A stretch of 64,000 nt of DNA from Candidatus Latescibacterota bacterium (GCA_964291625.2 OZ220090.1:480001-544000); one strand, 5' to 3'; shown: positions 28,286-38,577, counted from the stretch's first letter. A program made the numbers and translations. Notes: generated by a model from the letters alone, not told the origin.

Positions 28286-29128
28286 ATGACGATCATCGAT
28301 CCCCATACCCATGTCTGGGTCAACGATCCGCGCTTTCCCTGGCCCGCAGAGAACCCGTCTCCTCCCGCCGAGGACCGCACCGCCGAGATGCTCCTCGAGC
28401 AGATGGCCGCCCACGGCGTGGAGAAGACGGTGCTGGTGCAGGTAATCCACTACCGATGGGACAACCGCTACGTCGTCGATGTCATTCGACGCTATCCCGG
28501 CAAGTTCATGGCCGTGGGCCGCATCAACCCGGAGGACCCGGCGGCGGCGGACCATCTCAGCGATTGGACGGAGCAGGGCGTGCACGGAGTCCGCCTGAGT
28601 CCGTCCGTCGACTCCTCGGGCGACTGGTTCGCCGACCCGGCGCGGATGAACCCCATCTTCGCGCGGGCCGAGTCCCTCGGCGTGCCCCTGCTGCTGTTGA
28701 CGCAGTCCCCCCGGCTGCGCGACCTGGTGCCCCTCCTCGACCGCCACCCGGATCTCGACGTCGTCATCGACCACATGTCCGACGTCCATCCCGACGACGC
28801 CGAGGGACGCCGGCTCCTGATGGACCTGGCGAGATACGAGCGGGTCTACGTGAAGATCAGCCACACCTGGTCGACCTCGGGAGAAGGATTTCCCTGGGCC
28901 GACACCCACGGCCTGGTGGAGGAGGTCTACCAGACTTTCGGAGCACAGCGCATCATGTGGGGCACGGACTGGCCGGTCTGCCTGAGCAAGGCGGAGTACG
29001 GCCAGACCCTGTCGGTGGTCCGCGATCACATGAGCGCCTTCATCGCCTCCGAGGACATGGAGTGGGTCCTCGGCCGGACGGTCCTGAGGCTCTGGCCTTT
29101 CGGGGCCAAGGGGAACCGAGAATGCTGA
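28286..29128 (+). CDS. amidohydrolase_2 family protein (lactonase/decarboxylase-like)
   Basis: IIDPHTHVW, VVIDHM, VYVKIS, MWGTDWP. Confidence 0.88.
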   Translation: MTIIDPHTHVWVNDPRFPWPAENPSPPAEDRTAEMLLEQMAAHGVEKTVLVQVIHYRWDNRYVVDVIRRYPGKFMAVGRINPEDPAAADHLSDWTEQGVHGVRLSPSVDSSGDWFADPARMNPIFARAESLGVPLLLLTQSPRLRDLVPLLDRHPDLDVVIDHMSDVHPDDAEGRRLLMDLARYERVYVKISHTWSTSGEGFPWADTHGLVEEVYQTFGAQRIMWGTDWPVCLSKAEYGQTLSVVRDHMSAFIASEDMEWVLGRTVLRLWPFGAKGNREC

Positions 29129-29991
29129 GGATCGGCATGGTGGGCGCCGAGAACAGCCACACCCTGGCCATCGCCAAGGTCCTCAACGTGGACAAGCGTC
29201 TCCGGGGCGTGCGCGCTACCCACGTCTGGGGAGAGACCCGCCGGTTCGCGCGGGAAGCGGCCGAGGCCGGGCAGATCCCGCGGATCGTCACCCGCCCGGA
29301 GGAGATGATCGGGGAGGTCGACGCCATCGTGGTGGACCACCGCCACGGCAAGTTACACCTGCCGGCGGCGAGGCCCTTCCTCGAGACGGGCGTGCCCATG
29401 TTCATCGACAAGCCGTTCTGCTACCGGCGGGCCGAAGGCCGCAAGTTCCTCGCCCGTGCGCGCGAGTTGAAGGTGCCGGTCTGCTCGTTCTCGACCCTGC
29501 CCAAGCAGAAGGCCTTCCGCGATCTGAAGCGGGTCGTCTCCAGCCTCGGGCAGATCCACACGGTGATCTCCACCGGCCCCTGCGACATCCGCTCCAAGTG
29601 GGGCGGCATCTTCTTCTACGGCATCCACCAGGTCGACCTGGTCCTCCGTCTCGCAGGCTACGACTTCTACCGGGTGCAGATGGTGAAGGGCGCGGGCGCC
29701 AACCACAGCGCCAGCATCCTCTTCCGCTCGGGCACGGTGGCGACCATGAACCTCATCGGCGAAGGCAGGCCCGGGTTCCACCTCTCCGTGATCGGCGAGG
29801 GAGGCCGGGTGGACCGGCCGATCCCCATGGACGAGAGTCCCTACCTGACCGGAGTCCGCGACTTCGTGCGCATGTTCAGAACGGGCGAGACGGAGGAGAC
29901 CGAGCAGACCATGCTCGGGCCCGTGGCCGTCCTCGAGTCGCTCGAGAAGTCGGTGGCCAAGCCTTTCGCACGCGTGGGAGCCGGCGTCTGA
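29122..29991 (+). CDS. Gfo/Idh/MocA family oxidoreductase
   Basis: MLRIGMVGAENSH, FIDKPF, FYGIH. Confidence 0.85.
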   Translation: MLRIGMVGAENSHTLAIAKVLNVDKRLRGVRATHVWGETRRFAREAAEAGQIPRIVTRPEEMIGEVDAIVVDHRHGKLHLPAARPFLETGVPMFIDKPFCYRRAEGRKFLARARELKVPVCSFSTLPKQKAFRDLKRVVSSLGQIHTVISTGPCDIRSKWGGIFFYGIHQVDLVLRLAGYDFYRVQMVKGAGANHSASILFRSGTVATMNLIGEGRPGFHLSVIGEGGRVDRPIPMDESPYLTGVRDFVRMFRTGETEETEQTMLGPVAVLESLEKSVAKPFARVGAGV

Positions 29992-30004
29992 AAGGGAGCA
30001 TGGG

Positions 30005-31138
30005 ATGTCGGACTGGCAACTGAAGTCTGCGCGGGAGACGCGCTACGACGCCGTCTCTCTGGGCGAGGTCCTGATGCGGATCGATCCCGGCGACGTGCCC
30101 ACGGCGCGGGCCCGGACGGCGCGCATCTGGCACGGCGGCGGCGAGACCAACGTCACCGAGGGACTGAGCTACTGCTTCGGTCTGCGCACGGCCGTGGTCA
30201 CCGCCCTCGTGGACGACGGCATCGGCCGCAACATCGAGAACCAGCTGCGCGAGGCCGGCATCGACACGGGCCACATCATCTGGTTCAGCCCCTCGGGCAA
30301 GGGGGAGCATGCCACCGACGGCAAGGGTACCCTGCACAACGGCATCAACTTCACCTGGGCCGGCAAGGGGGTGCTGCCGTCGGTCACCGAGTACTACCGG
30401 GCCCACACCCCGGTGCGCGAGATCGGCCCCGGCGACGTCGACTGGGACCACCTCTTCGGCGAGCTGGGGACGCGCTGGTTCAGCACCGGCGGCATCTACA
30501 CCCTGCTGTCGCAGAAGACGGCCGATCTGGCGCTGGAGGCGATGACCCGGGCCGGCGAGCACGGCGCCGGACGCTCCTTCGACCTCAACTACCGCTCGAA
30601 GGTGGAGCCCGACAAGGACCGCGCCCGCCAGATCAACCGCGGCATCGTGCCCCACGTCGACTTCCTCGTGGGCAATCAGGACGACTTCGACGACGCCCTC
30701 GGATACGAGACCGAGTCCGTCGACAAGGAGGCCCCCTTCGACGAGTGGCTGGAGATCTACACCGGCATGCTCCGGCAGGTGTCGAAGGACTACCCGAACC
30801 TGCGCTTCATCGGTACCCAGCTGCGCGGGGCCCTGTCGGCGGACCGCATCAACTGGGGCGCCGTCCTCTACGAGGTCGGGACCGACACGGTGCACCAGGC
30901 GGCGGTGCGGACGGAGGTGGAGATCGCCGACCGCACCGGCGGGGGGGACTCCTTCGCCTCCGGGGTGATCGCGGCCCTGCTGTTGGGACGGACCCCGGCC
31001 GAGGCCGCGCAGTGGGGTGCCGCCCACGGCATCCTGGTGCAGGAGACGGTGGGGGATACCTCCATGGTCACGCGGACGGATGTCGAGAAGGAGGTCGACC
31101 GGGCGCTGAAGGGCGGAGGGGTATCGGCGCTGCGGTGA
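30005..31138 (+). CDS. kdgK: PfkB sugar kinase, 2-keto-3-deoxygluconate kinase-like
   Basis: LGEVLMR, GGGETNV, SFDLNYR, DRTGGGDSFASG. Confidence 0.82.
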   Translation: MSDWQLKSARETRYDAVSLGEVLMRIDPGDVPTARARTARIWHGGGETNVTEGLSYCFGLRTAVVTALVDDGIGRNIENQLREAGIDTGHIIWFSPSGKGEHATDGKGTLHNGINFTWAGKGVLPSVTEYYRAHTPVREIGPGDVDWDHLFGELGTRWFSTGGIYTLLSQKTADLALEAMTRAGEHGAGRSFDLNYRSKVEPDKDRARQINRGIVPHVDFLVGNQDDFDDALGYETESVDKEAPFDEWLEIYTGMLRQVSKDYPNLRFIGTQLRGALSADRINWGAVLYEVGTDTVHQAAVRTEVEIADRTGGGDSFASGVIAALLLGRTPAEAAQWGAAHGILVQETVGDTSMVTRTDVEKEVDRALKGGGVSALR

Positions 31139-31208
31139 CCTGCCGCGGGGACCCACGTACGACCTCGCGAGGAGGGCGGAGCCTCCCGCCTCCTCGCCCG
31201 CTCCACCG

Positions 31209-32423
31209 ATGAGCGACAGGGGATACGAAGGCTGGCGGCGCAACTTCTACACCCTCTGGGCGGCGGAGCTGACGGCCATCATCGGCTTTCAGGCGATGCA
31301 GCCCTTCCTGCCCTACTACATCCAGGAGTTCGAGGTCGGAAGCCTGGACGAGGCCTTGCTCTGGGCGGGCCGCATGGGTACGGCGGCGGGACTGGCCATG
31401 GCGATCTCGGCACCGGTCTGGGGCACCCTCGCCGATCGCTACGGCCGCAAGCCGATGGTCGTGCGCTCCATGCTCGGCGGGGGCCTGTGCGTGGTGATGA
31501 TGGCCTGTGTGCCCAGCGTGGAGCTGCTCCTGCTCGCCCGGGTCCTCCATGGGATCCTCGCCGGCACGGTCACCGCCTGCCTGACCCTGGTCTCCACCTC
31601 GACGCCCCGATCCCATCTCGCCTTCGCCCTCGGCCTGATGCAGGGCGCCTTCATGCTCGGCGGCTCGGTGGGGCCACTGATCGGGGGGCCGCTGATCGAG
31701 ATCTTCGGGTACCGCAACTGCTTCCTGGTTTCCGGTATCGTCGTCATGCTGGCGGGCCTCTGCGTCCAGATCCAGGTGCGCGAGGACTTCCAGCGCTCCA
31801 GGTCGGTGGAGAGCTCCTCGCGCTACCGTCTCCCGGGACGCGACATGGTTCGGCTCCTGTCGCTGCGGCCCTTCCTCGTGCTGGTGGCGACGGTCATCTC
31901 CATGTCCTTCGCCTTCGGCTTCATCATGCCCGTGGTGCCCCTCTTTCTGCAGCAGCTGGCGGACACCAGCGACATCCTCTCCCTCGCCGGAATGATCTTC
32001 GGCCTGGGTGGTCTGATGGGGGCCGTCTCCTCCGCCGTCATGGGCCGGTTCTCCGATCGTCTCGGCCCGCGCCGCGTGCTCGTGGGCGGCCTGTGGGCAG
32101 CGGCCGTCCTCTACCTGGCCCAGGGATTCTCCACCACGGTGTGGGCCCTCGGAACGCTGATCATCCTCAACGGTGTGGCCACCGGGTCGGTGCGGCCCGT
32201 GGCCAACTCGGTGCTCACGCGGATCATCGCTGAAGAGGACCGGGGCAAGGCCTTCGGGGTCATGTCGAGCATGGCCGCCCTGGGCTGGGCCCTCGGCCCC
32301 CTGGCCGGCAGCTACCTGGGGGCGGAGCTGGGATTCCGGTCGGTGTTCTACGCGACCTCGGTGCTCTTTCTCGCAGTCGGCGGCTGGGCGTGGCTGGCCA
32401 TGGGCCGCGATCGGAAAGGATGA
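31209..32423 (+). CDS. MFS transporter (DHA1/MdtG-like)
   Basis: WGTLADRYGRKP motif A, GRFSDRLG, about 12 TM. Confidence 0.9.
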   Translation: MSDRGYEGWRRNFYTLWAAELTAIIGFQAMQPFLPYYIQEFEVGSLDEALLWAGRMGTAAGLAMAISAPVWGTLADRYGRKPMVVRSMLGGGLCVVMMACVPSVELLLLARVLHGILAGTVTACLTLVSTSTPRSHLAFALGLMQGAFMLGGSVGPLIGGPLIEIFGYRNCFLVSGIVVMLAGLCVQIQVREDFQRSRSVESSSRYRLPGRDMVRLLSLRPFLVLVATVISMSFAFGFIMPVVPLFLQQLADTSDILSLAGMIFGLGGLMGAVSSAVMGRFSDRLGPRRVLVGGLWAAAVLYLAQGFSTTVWALGTLIILNGVATGSVRPVANSVLTRIIAEEDRGKAFGVMSSMAALGWALGPLAGSYLGAELGFRSVFYATSVLFLAVGGWAWLAMGRDRKG

Positions 32424-33439
32424 GAGCGATGGATCGTCCCGCGGTGCTCGTCGATGCCGGACCTCACGCGGCCGACGCGGACTGGAAGCGGCTGGAGGAA
32501 GTCGCCGAGGTCGTTCGGATCACCGGCGAGCGCGACGAGGCCGGCCTGATCGCGGACCTGGCAGGATGTACGGGGCTGATCACCCAGGGCGGGCGCCTGC
32601 CGCCACTCACCGAGACCCTCTTCCGCGCCTGTCCGGAGTTGCGCATCGTCGGAGTGCGGGGCGACCGTTTCGGCACCGGCGTCGACCTGCCGGCCGCTCA
32701 CCGACACGGCGTGCTCGTCGTCGACACGGACAACATTTCCTCGGCACCGCCCGTGGCCGAGTGGGACCTGGCCATGATGCTGATCTGCCTGCGCAACGCG
32801 GGGGCCGTGTACCGCCAGATGATCGCCGGCACCGAGACCTGGGCGGTGGCCGGCAACGAGGACTTCGTCCACGGCGAGCTGACGGGGAAGCGGGTGGGGC
32901 TGGTCGGGTGCGGGCACGTCGGCCAGCGGCTGATCGATCTGCTGGCGCCCTTCCGCGTCGATCTGCTGGTGAGCGACCCCTACCTGGAGGAGGAGGTCGC
33001 CGAGGGACTGGGCATCCGCCGCGGCAGCCTGGAGGAGGTTCTCGACCACGCCGAGATCCTCGTGGTGCAGGTGCCGCACACACCGAGGACGGAAGGCCTC
33101 ATCGGCGCCGCCGAGCTGGAGCGGCTGGGCGACGGCAGGATCCTGGTCAACTGCAGCCGCGGCAAGGTGATCGACCACCAGGCCCTGGTGGCGCGACTGC
33201 GGGCCGGGCGGCTGATCGCGGGCCTCGACGTCTTCGACCCGGAGCCCCTGCCCGCCGACAGTCTCCTGCGCCGCCTGCCGAACGTGTTCTGCACCCCCCA
33301 CATCGCCTGGTACGCGCCCCACGTCTTCCACCGCTACTTCGGCAGCCTCGTGGACGAGTTCATCCGCTTCTTCAACGGCGATGAGCTGCGCTACGAGCTG
33401 ACCCAGCGGATGGTCGACATCCGCCACGGCCGGATGTAG
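32420..33439 (+). CDS. D-isomer-specific 2-hydroxyacid dehydrogenase
   Basis: GLVGCGHVG, VNCSRG, GLDVFDPEPLP, TPHIA. Confidence 0.9.
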   Translation: MRAMDRPAVLVDAGPHAADADWKRLEEVAEVVRITGERDEAGLIADLAGCTGLITQGGRLPPLTETLFRACPELRIVGVRGDRFGTGVDLPAAHRHGVLVVDTDNISSAPPVAEWDLAMMLICLRNAGAVYRQMIAGTETWAVAGNEDFVHGELTGKRVGLVGCGHVGQRLIDLLAPFRVDLLVSDPYLEEEVAEGLGIRRGSLEEVLDHAEILVVQVPHTPRTEGLIGAAELERLGDGRILVNCSRGKVIDHQALVARLRAGRLIAGLDVFDPEPLPADSLLRRLPNVFCTPHIAWYAPHVFHRYFGSLVDEFIRFFNGDELRYELTQRMVDIRHGRM

Positions 33440-33457
33440 CACCCGGGTACACGAAGA

Positions 33458-33492
33458 AGGGGAGGTGCGCCCCGGTCGGAGGCACCTCCCCT
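33458..33492. terminator. hairpin between convergent genes, probable bidirectional terminator
   Basis: AGGGGAGGTGC / GCACCTCCCCT perfect 11-bp stem. Confidence 0.65.
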
Positions 33493-33519
33493 GATGACTG
33501 TCGGGCTGCTATCCCCGAA

Positions 33520-34479
33520 TCAGCTCTTCTTCGCCTTGGCCTTGCCCGCCTTGCGCTTCTTCGCGGCCTTGGACCTGGCCAGGGCGCGGCCGGGGAAGGT
33601 CAGCTCGGCGATGCCGGACTTGTCGAGCTCGCCCTTGCCAAGGTCGATCATCCGTGCAAACTGGGCCTTCGTCCGTCGGGCCAACGGCAGATCCAGGCCC
33701 TTCTGCCGGGCCAGGGCCAAGGCGATGCCGGAGTCCTTGGCCGCGTGAGCGGCGGAGAAGTAGCACTCGTGGTCGCGGGCGACCATGTCCTCGCCGTCCG
33801 TCTCCAGAACCCGCGAGTTGGCGCCGGTCTGGGAGAACACCTCCATCAGGACCTCCAGGTCGAGGCCCAGGGCCTTGCCGAGGCCCAGCCCCTCGGCGAG
33901 TCCGGCGGTGTTGATGTTCATCACCATGTTGACCAGGGCCTTCACCTGGGCCGCCTTGCCCGTGGAGCCGATGTAGCGCAGGTCGACGCTCATGCTGTCG
34001 AGGAGCGGCCTGCAGCGGTCGAAGACCGCCTTCCGGCCGCCGCACATCAGGTACAGGGTCCCCTCGCGCGCCTGGGTGATGGAGCTGGCCATGCAGCCTT
34101 CGAGGCTGCGGGCGCCGGCCTTGGAGGCCCGCTTCTCCACCAGCACGTGGGTGTCGGGGGTGATGGTGGCGCAGTTGATGAAGGTCTTGTCCTCTGCGCC
34201 CTGGAGGAGACTGTCGCCGCGCTCGGCGAAGATCGACTTCATGGAGCGGTCGTCGGTGACCACGGTGATGATGTAGTCGGCCCCTGCCGTGACCTCCGCC
34301 AGCTTCGCGGCGGCCTTGGCCTCCAGCTCCTTCGCCACGGAGGCCGCCAGCTTCGCATTGACGTCGTACACGGTGGTGACGGGGAAGCCGTCATCCTTCA
34401 GGTGGCGGGCGATGTTGGCGCCCATGCGGCCCACTCCGACGACTCCCACGGAGTAGTCGGCTTTCCTGATACGTGGCAT
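33520..34479 (-). CDS. NAD(P)-dependent beta-hydroxyacid (3-hydroxyisobutyrate-type) dehydrogenase
   Basis: GVVGVGRMG, VKALVNM, KDSGIAL; ATG at 34479 with AGGAG RBS. Confidence 0.88.
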   Translation of the reverse strand: MPRIRKADYSVGVVGVGRMGANIARHLKDDGFPVTTVYDVNAKLAASVAKELEAKAAAKLAEVTAGADYIITVVTDDRSMKSIFAERGDSLLQGAEDKTFINCATITPDTHVLVEKRASKAGARSLEGCMASSITQAREGTLYLMCGGRKAVFDRCRPLLDSMSVDLRYIGSTGKAAQVKALVNMVMNINTAGLAEGLGLGKALGLDLEVLMEVFSQTGANSRVLETDGEDMVARDHECYFSAAHAAKDSGIALALARQKGLDLPLARRTKAQFARMIDLGKGELDKSGIAELTFPGRALARSKAAKKRKAGKAKAKKS

Positions 34480-34645
34480 CTCGCGGCTCCTGTCTGCAAC
34501 AGGTGCGGTTGAGGGTCGAAGGGCCGGGAAGATAGCCCGCAGTCCCAGGGGGCACAACGAGAGTTCCGACCCTCCGGAGCGCCGCAATCTGGACACCCTC
34601 ACACGTCCCCGCTTACCTTTGCCCTCCCTTTCACAGGAGCCTCGC

Positions 34646-35440
34646 GTGAAGATCGGACCCACCCAGATCATCCTGCCCGGCATGAGCCTCGAGGACACCC
34701 TTGCCCTCTGCATCGAGGCCGGGTACGACGCCGTGGAGCTCACCTTCACCGCCTCCGGCAAGGACCTCAACGTCGAGATGAGCGACGACGAGCTCCAGGC
34801 CGTGTCGAGACGCTGCGGCGAGGCGGGGGTGACCATCGCCGCCTCCATCGCGCACTACGCCGAGCGCGGCAACCTGATGAGCCGTGACCCGGTCGAGCGC
34901 CGGGCCTGCAGCCGCTGCCTGGCCCGCTCGCTGGAGATCGCCGGCCGGATCGGCACCGACGCCGTCCTCCTGCACCCGGGCCAGCTCGAGGCGGAAGGGA
35001 CCTACGCCCAGGCCTGGGACGATCTCGTGGGCGCCCTGTGGGAGCTGGCACCTCTGGCGGAACGGCACCGGGCGGCGATCGCCGTGGAGAACGTGTGGAA
35101 CAAGTTCATGCTGAGCCCGCGCGAGGCGGTGCAGCTCACCGACGAGGTCGGCAGCGAGTGGGTGGGGATCTACCTCGATACGGCCAACATGATGGCCTAC
35201 GGCCACCCCGAGCACTGGATCCGCGATCTCGGGAGCCGCATCCGGAAGGTGCATCTCAAGGACTTCGACCGCGGAGCGGGGCGCTTCGTCGACCTCATGG
35301 ACGGCGACACCGACTGGCCGGCGGTGATCGCCGAGCTGCGCGCCGCCGGCTACGACGGCACCCTGATCCACGAGGTCGGCGGCGACCGGGCCAGGCAGAT
35401 CGAGATGGCCGCGCGCATGCGCAGCATCGTCGCCGGCTGA
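34646..35440 (+). CDS. sugar phosphate isomerase/epimerase (xylose isomerase-like TIM barrel)
   Basis: AVENVWNKF, YLDTAN, VHLKDF; AGGAG before GTG 34646. Confidence 0.88.
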   Translation: MKIGPTQIILPGMSLEDTLALCIEAGYDAVELTFTASGKDLNVEMSDDELQAVSRRCGEAGVTIAASIAHYAERGNLMSRDPVERRACSRCLARSLEIAGRIGTDAVLLHPGQLEAEGTYAQAWDDLVGALWELAPLAERHRAAIAVENVWNKFMLSPREAVQLTDEVGSEWVGIYLDTANMMAYGHPEHWIRDLGSRIRKVHLKDFDRGAGRFVDLMDGDTDWPAVIAELRAAGYDGTLIHEVGGDRARQIEMAARMRSIVAG

Positions 35441-35448
35441 GGACGGCC

Positions 35449-36177
35449 ATGAGCGGCATCTACCTGAGAAACTGGCGCGACTTCCAGCCGAAGATCGCCC
35501 ACCTCAGCGCCGTCCACTGGGGCGGGCTGAGGGCCGTGGAGAGGGACTCCGGGGACGAGCGCGACCGGCTCACCCGGCTGGGCGGGTTCGCCCGGCACGC
35601 CCTGCAGGGCCGCAAGACCTCCGATCACCACAAGCACGAGAGCCTGGAGCAGGTCTACTACGTGCTGTCGGGCGCGGGGGAGGTCCTCTACGACGGCAGC
35701 CGCTACGCCGTGGAGGCCGGGGACGCCATCTACCTGCCCTCCGGCGTCCACCACCAGATGTTCAACGACGCCAGCGACGACTGGCTCGAGCACCACGTGA
35801 TCTCCCAGCCGGTGGACGGCAACGGCGGCCGCTTCTGCGTGCGCCACTGGCGCCAGGCCTCCCCAGACGGGGACGGCGGCGGCGCGGTGCGCTGGCGTCA
35901 GCTCGCTCCCGAAGAAGGCTGCGGCCGGGGGGCCTGTCTGCGCGGCATGGCTTCCATCGACCGCTGGGCCGTGCAGCCCCACAGCGCCAGCGCCGAGCAC
36001 GCGGAGGACGAGCTGGAGCAGGTGTGCTACGTGCTCGGAGGCCGGGGAGTCCTGCATGCCGCGAGCTCGGAGCACGAGATCAGCGAGGGCGACATGGCCC
36101 ACCTGCCTCCGGGCACCCGCCACGCCGTGCACAATCCGCACGACGATTGGCTCACCCTCCTCGTGATGGCGGCCTGA
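35449..36177 (+). CDS. bicupin protein
   Basis: Two cupin motifs: HKHESLEQVYYVLSG..H and H.EDELEQVCYVLGG..H. Confidence 0.8.
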   Translation: MSGIYLRNWRDFQPKIAHLSAVHWGGLRAVERDSGDERDRLTRLGGFARHALQGRKTSDHHKHESLEQVYYVLSGAGEVLYDGSRYAVEAGDAIYLPSGVHHQMFNDASDDWLEHHVISQPVDGNGGRFCVRHWRQASPDGDGGGAVRWRQLAPEEGCGRGACLRGMASIDRWAVQPHSASAEHAEDELEQVCYVLGGRGVLHAASSEHEISEGDMAHLPPGTRHAVHNPHDDWLTLLVMAA

Positions 36178-36179
36178 GC

Positions 36180-36410
36180 ATGTCCGCCGAGACGGCCGGG
36201 CTGCATCGGACCCTCACAAGCCTGATGGCCGCCATCCGCAGCGGCGACGGAGAGGCCCTGCGCCGAGACTTGGCCGCCGTCGACCGTCAGCGCGAGGCCC
36301 TGGGCGAGGAAGCCCCGCCGATGCTCCGGCACTACCTCGAGAGGCGCAGCTACGAGAAGGCCCTCGCCTTTCTCGAAGGGGGTGACGAGAGCCTCGAGGC
36401 AGGGGGCTGA
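36180..36410 (+). CDS. small hypothetical helical protein
   Basis: 76 aa ORF filling the gap in the operon; LRHYLERRSYEKAL motif. Confidence 0.6.
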   Translation: MSAETAGLHRTLTSLMAAIRSGDGEALRRDLAAVDRQREALGEEAPPMLRHYLERRSYEKALAFLEGGDESLEAGG

Positions 36411-36759
36411 GCAGCTTCGAGGGGCAGCCGCCCTGGCCCCCCGCCGCACCTCCCCATCCCGCTGGCAGGACTTCTACGCCGTCATCGCCCTCATCCCCAG
36501 GGGGCGAGTGGCCACCTACGGGCAGATCGCCAGCCTGGCGGGCTACCGCGGCCATGCCCGCCAGGTGGGGTATGCCCTGGCCGCCGCACCGGATACGCCC
36601 GACCTGCCCTGGCACCGGGTCATCAACGCCAGGGGGGAGGTCTCGCCGAGGGCCCGCTCCCAGGCTCACGGCTATCAGCAGTCGCTGCTCCAGGAGGAAG
36701 GGGTCGAGTTCGTGAACGGCCGGGTCGACCTGGGGCGCTACGGCTGGGAGGGCAGGTGA
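36382..36759 (+). CDS. alkyltransferase-like protein (ATL, MGMT family)
   Basis: IPRGRVATYGQIA, ARQVG, PWHRV (Trp replaces the catalytic Cys). Confidence 0.88.
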   Translation: MTRASRQGAEQLRGAAALAPRRTSPSRWQDFYAVIALIPRGRVATYGQIASLAGYRGHARQVGYALAAAPDTPDLPWHRVINARGEVSPRARSQAHGYQQSLLQEEGVEFVNGRVDLGRYGWEGR

Positions 36760-38123
36760 GGCCGGGGATCCCCGCCGGCAGCCTGGACCGCCCGATTCTG
36801 CGGCTGGCGGTCCCCGGCCTGCTGGCGTCGGTCTCCGTACCCCTCATCGGTATCGCCGATACCGCCATGATCGGTCATCTTCCCGAGGTGGCCCTCCTCG
36901 GGGCGGTTGCCACGGCCAGCGTGCTCTTCGACTTCCTCTTCTGGGGCGCCGGCTTCCTGCGCATGGGGACGACTTCGATCGTCTCCCAGCACCACGGCGC
37001 CGGCGACCGCTCCGGAAGCGCCGCCGCCCTCCTCCGGGCCCTGGTGCTCGCCGCCGTCCTCGGCCTGCTCATCCTGATGATCCGGGGACCGGTCGCCGAA
37101 ATCGGTTTCACCCTCGTCGGTGGTTCCGAGCAGGTCCAACTGTGGGGCCGGCAGTACTTCGACATCCGTGTTCTCGGCGTGCCCCTGGTGCTGGCCACTC
37201 TGGTCCTCAACGGCTTCTTCCTCGGATCGGCCAATGCCTGGGCCCCCCTGGTGGTGACGGTGGTGACCAATCTGGTCAACATCGTGGCCGACTATGCCCT
37301 GATCTTCGGCCACTGGGGAGCGCCGGAGCTGGGGGTGATCGGTGCGGCCTGGGCGTCGGTGGTAGCCGCCGCCACCGGATTCGCCCTGGGGGTATGCGTC
37401 CTCCTGGCCTTCTATCGAGGGACGGTCTTCGGCTCCCGGCCCCAAACCCTTCTCGACCCGGGCAGGCTCCGGCACATGCTCTCCACCAACCTCAACCTCT
37501 GCGGCCGCACCCTGTGCCTGCTGGCCGCGCAGCTCTTCCTGGTGGCCCTCGTGGCCCGCATGGGCGAGGTGCCGCTGGCGGCGCACGCCGTGGTCTGGCA
37601 GCTGTGGTCCCTGGTGAGCTACGGAGTCGACGGCTTCGCCCACGCCGCCGAAGCCCTCGTGGGCAACCGTCTCGGAGCCGGGGATCGGTTGGCGGCGCGG
37701 CAATACGCCCGCCGGATCCTCGTCTGGGGGGCTGGGATCGGACTGCTCTTCAGCGGCATCTACGCCGTCGGCCTGGAGCGGATCGCCGGCTGGTTCACCC
37801 CCCATGCGGAGGTCGTGGCAGCCGTCGCCTCGCTGACGGTGCTGGTCGCCGTCGTGCAGCCCCTGAATGCGCTGGTCTTCGTTCTCGACGGGATCTTCAT
37901 CGGGGCCAACGATGCGACCTACCTCTTCCGGGCCATGGCCCTGGCCGCCTTCGCCGGCTTCGCACCCGCTGCGGTCCTCCTCGTGATCGCCCTCGAAGGC
38001 GGGCTGGTCTCGGCTTGGAGCGCCTACATCGTCCTCATGCTCGGACGCTTCCTGCCCCTCGCCCGGCGCTACCGCGGCGGGGCCTGGCAGCGAACCTTCC
38101 TGACCACTTCCACGGGAGTATGA
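36756..38123 (+). CDS. MATE family efflux transporter (DinF-like)
   Basis: DTAMIGHL, FLRMGTT, DGFAHAAE, VLDGIFIG. Confidence 0.9.
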   Translation: MRPGIPAGSLDRPILRLAVPGLLASVSVPLIGIADTAMIGHLPEVALLGAVATASVLFDFLFWGAGFLRMGTTSIVSQHHGAGDRSGSAAALLRALVLAAVLGLLILMIRGPVAEIGFTLVGGSEQVQLWGRQYFDIRVLGVPLVLATLVLNGFFLGSANAWAPLVVTVVTNLVNIVADYALIFGHWGAPELGVIGAAWASVVAAATGFALGVCVLLAFYRGTVFGSRPQTLLDPGRLRHMLSTNLNLCGRTLCLLAAQLFLVALVARMGEVPLAAHAVVWQLWSLVSYGVDGFAHAAEALVGNRLGAGDRLAARQYARRILVWGAGIGLLFSGIYAVGLERIAGWFTPHAEVVAAVASLTVLVAVVQPLNALVFVLDGIFIGANDATYLFRAMALAAFAGFAPAAVLLVIALEGGLVSAWSAYIVLMLGRFLPLARRYRGGAWQRTFLTTSTGV

Positions 38124-38124
38124 A

Positions 38125-38499
38125 ATGTCCTTCTTCCAGGTAGACGACCTGCCCCGGCTGGAGCTGTTCCCGAAGGCCCTGAGCGGCATCGTGCAGGGAG
38201 AGCACCTGATGCTGTCCTTCCTCGAGCTGGCCCCGGGCTGCCGGATCCCGGAGCACAGCCACCCCCACGAGCAGGCCGGACTCGTGCTGTCGGGGAGGCT
38301 CCGGTTCCGCATCGGCGAGGAGGAGCGTGTCTCCGGCCCGGGGGATGCCTTCCTGGTTCCGCCGAACGTGGTCCACGAGGGCGAGGTGGTCGGGGACGAG
38401 GCCTGCCGGGTCCTCGATGTCTTCAGCCCTCCCCGCGAGGACTACGCCGACCGCTACAACCGCTACACGGAGACCTCGCAGGAGACCCGCTGGCGCTGA
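38125..38499 (+). CDS. cupin domain protein
   Basis: PEHSHPHEQ, PPNVVH, DVFSPPREDY. Confidence 0.9.
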   Translation: MSFFQVDDLPRLELFPKALSGIVQGEHLMLSFLELAPGCRIPEHSHPHEQAGLVLSGRLRFRIGEEERVSGPGDAFLVPPNVVHEGEVVGDEACRVLDVFSPPREDYADRYNRYTETSQETRWR

Positions 38500-38577
38500 G
38501 GGGGACTTGCAGCGCGCGTATTGTGCCGCCACCGCTGATTGCAGAGGATTCACCGACCGCCAACAAGGAGATCCCTC

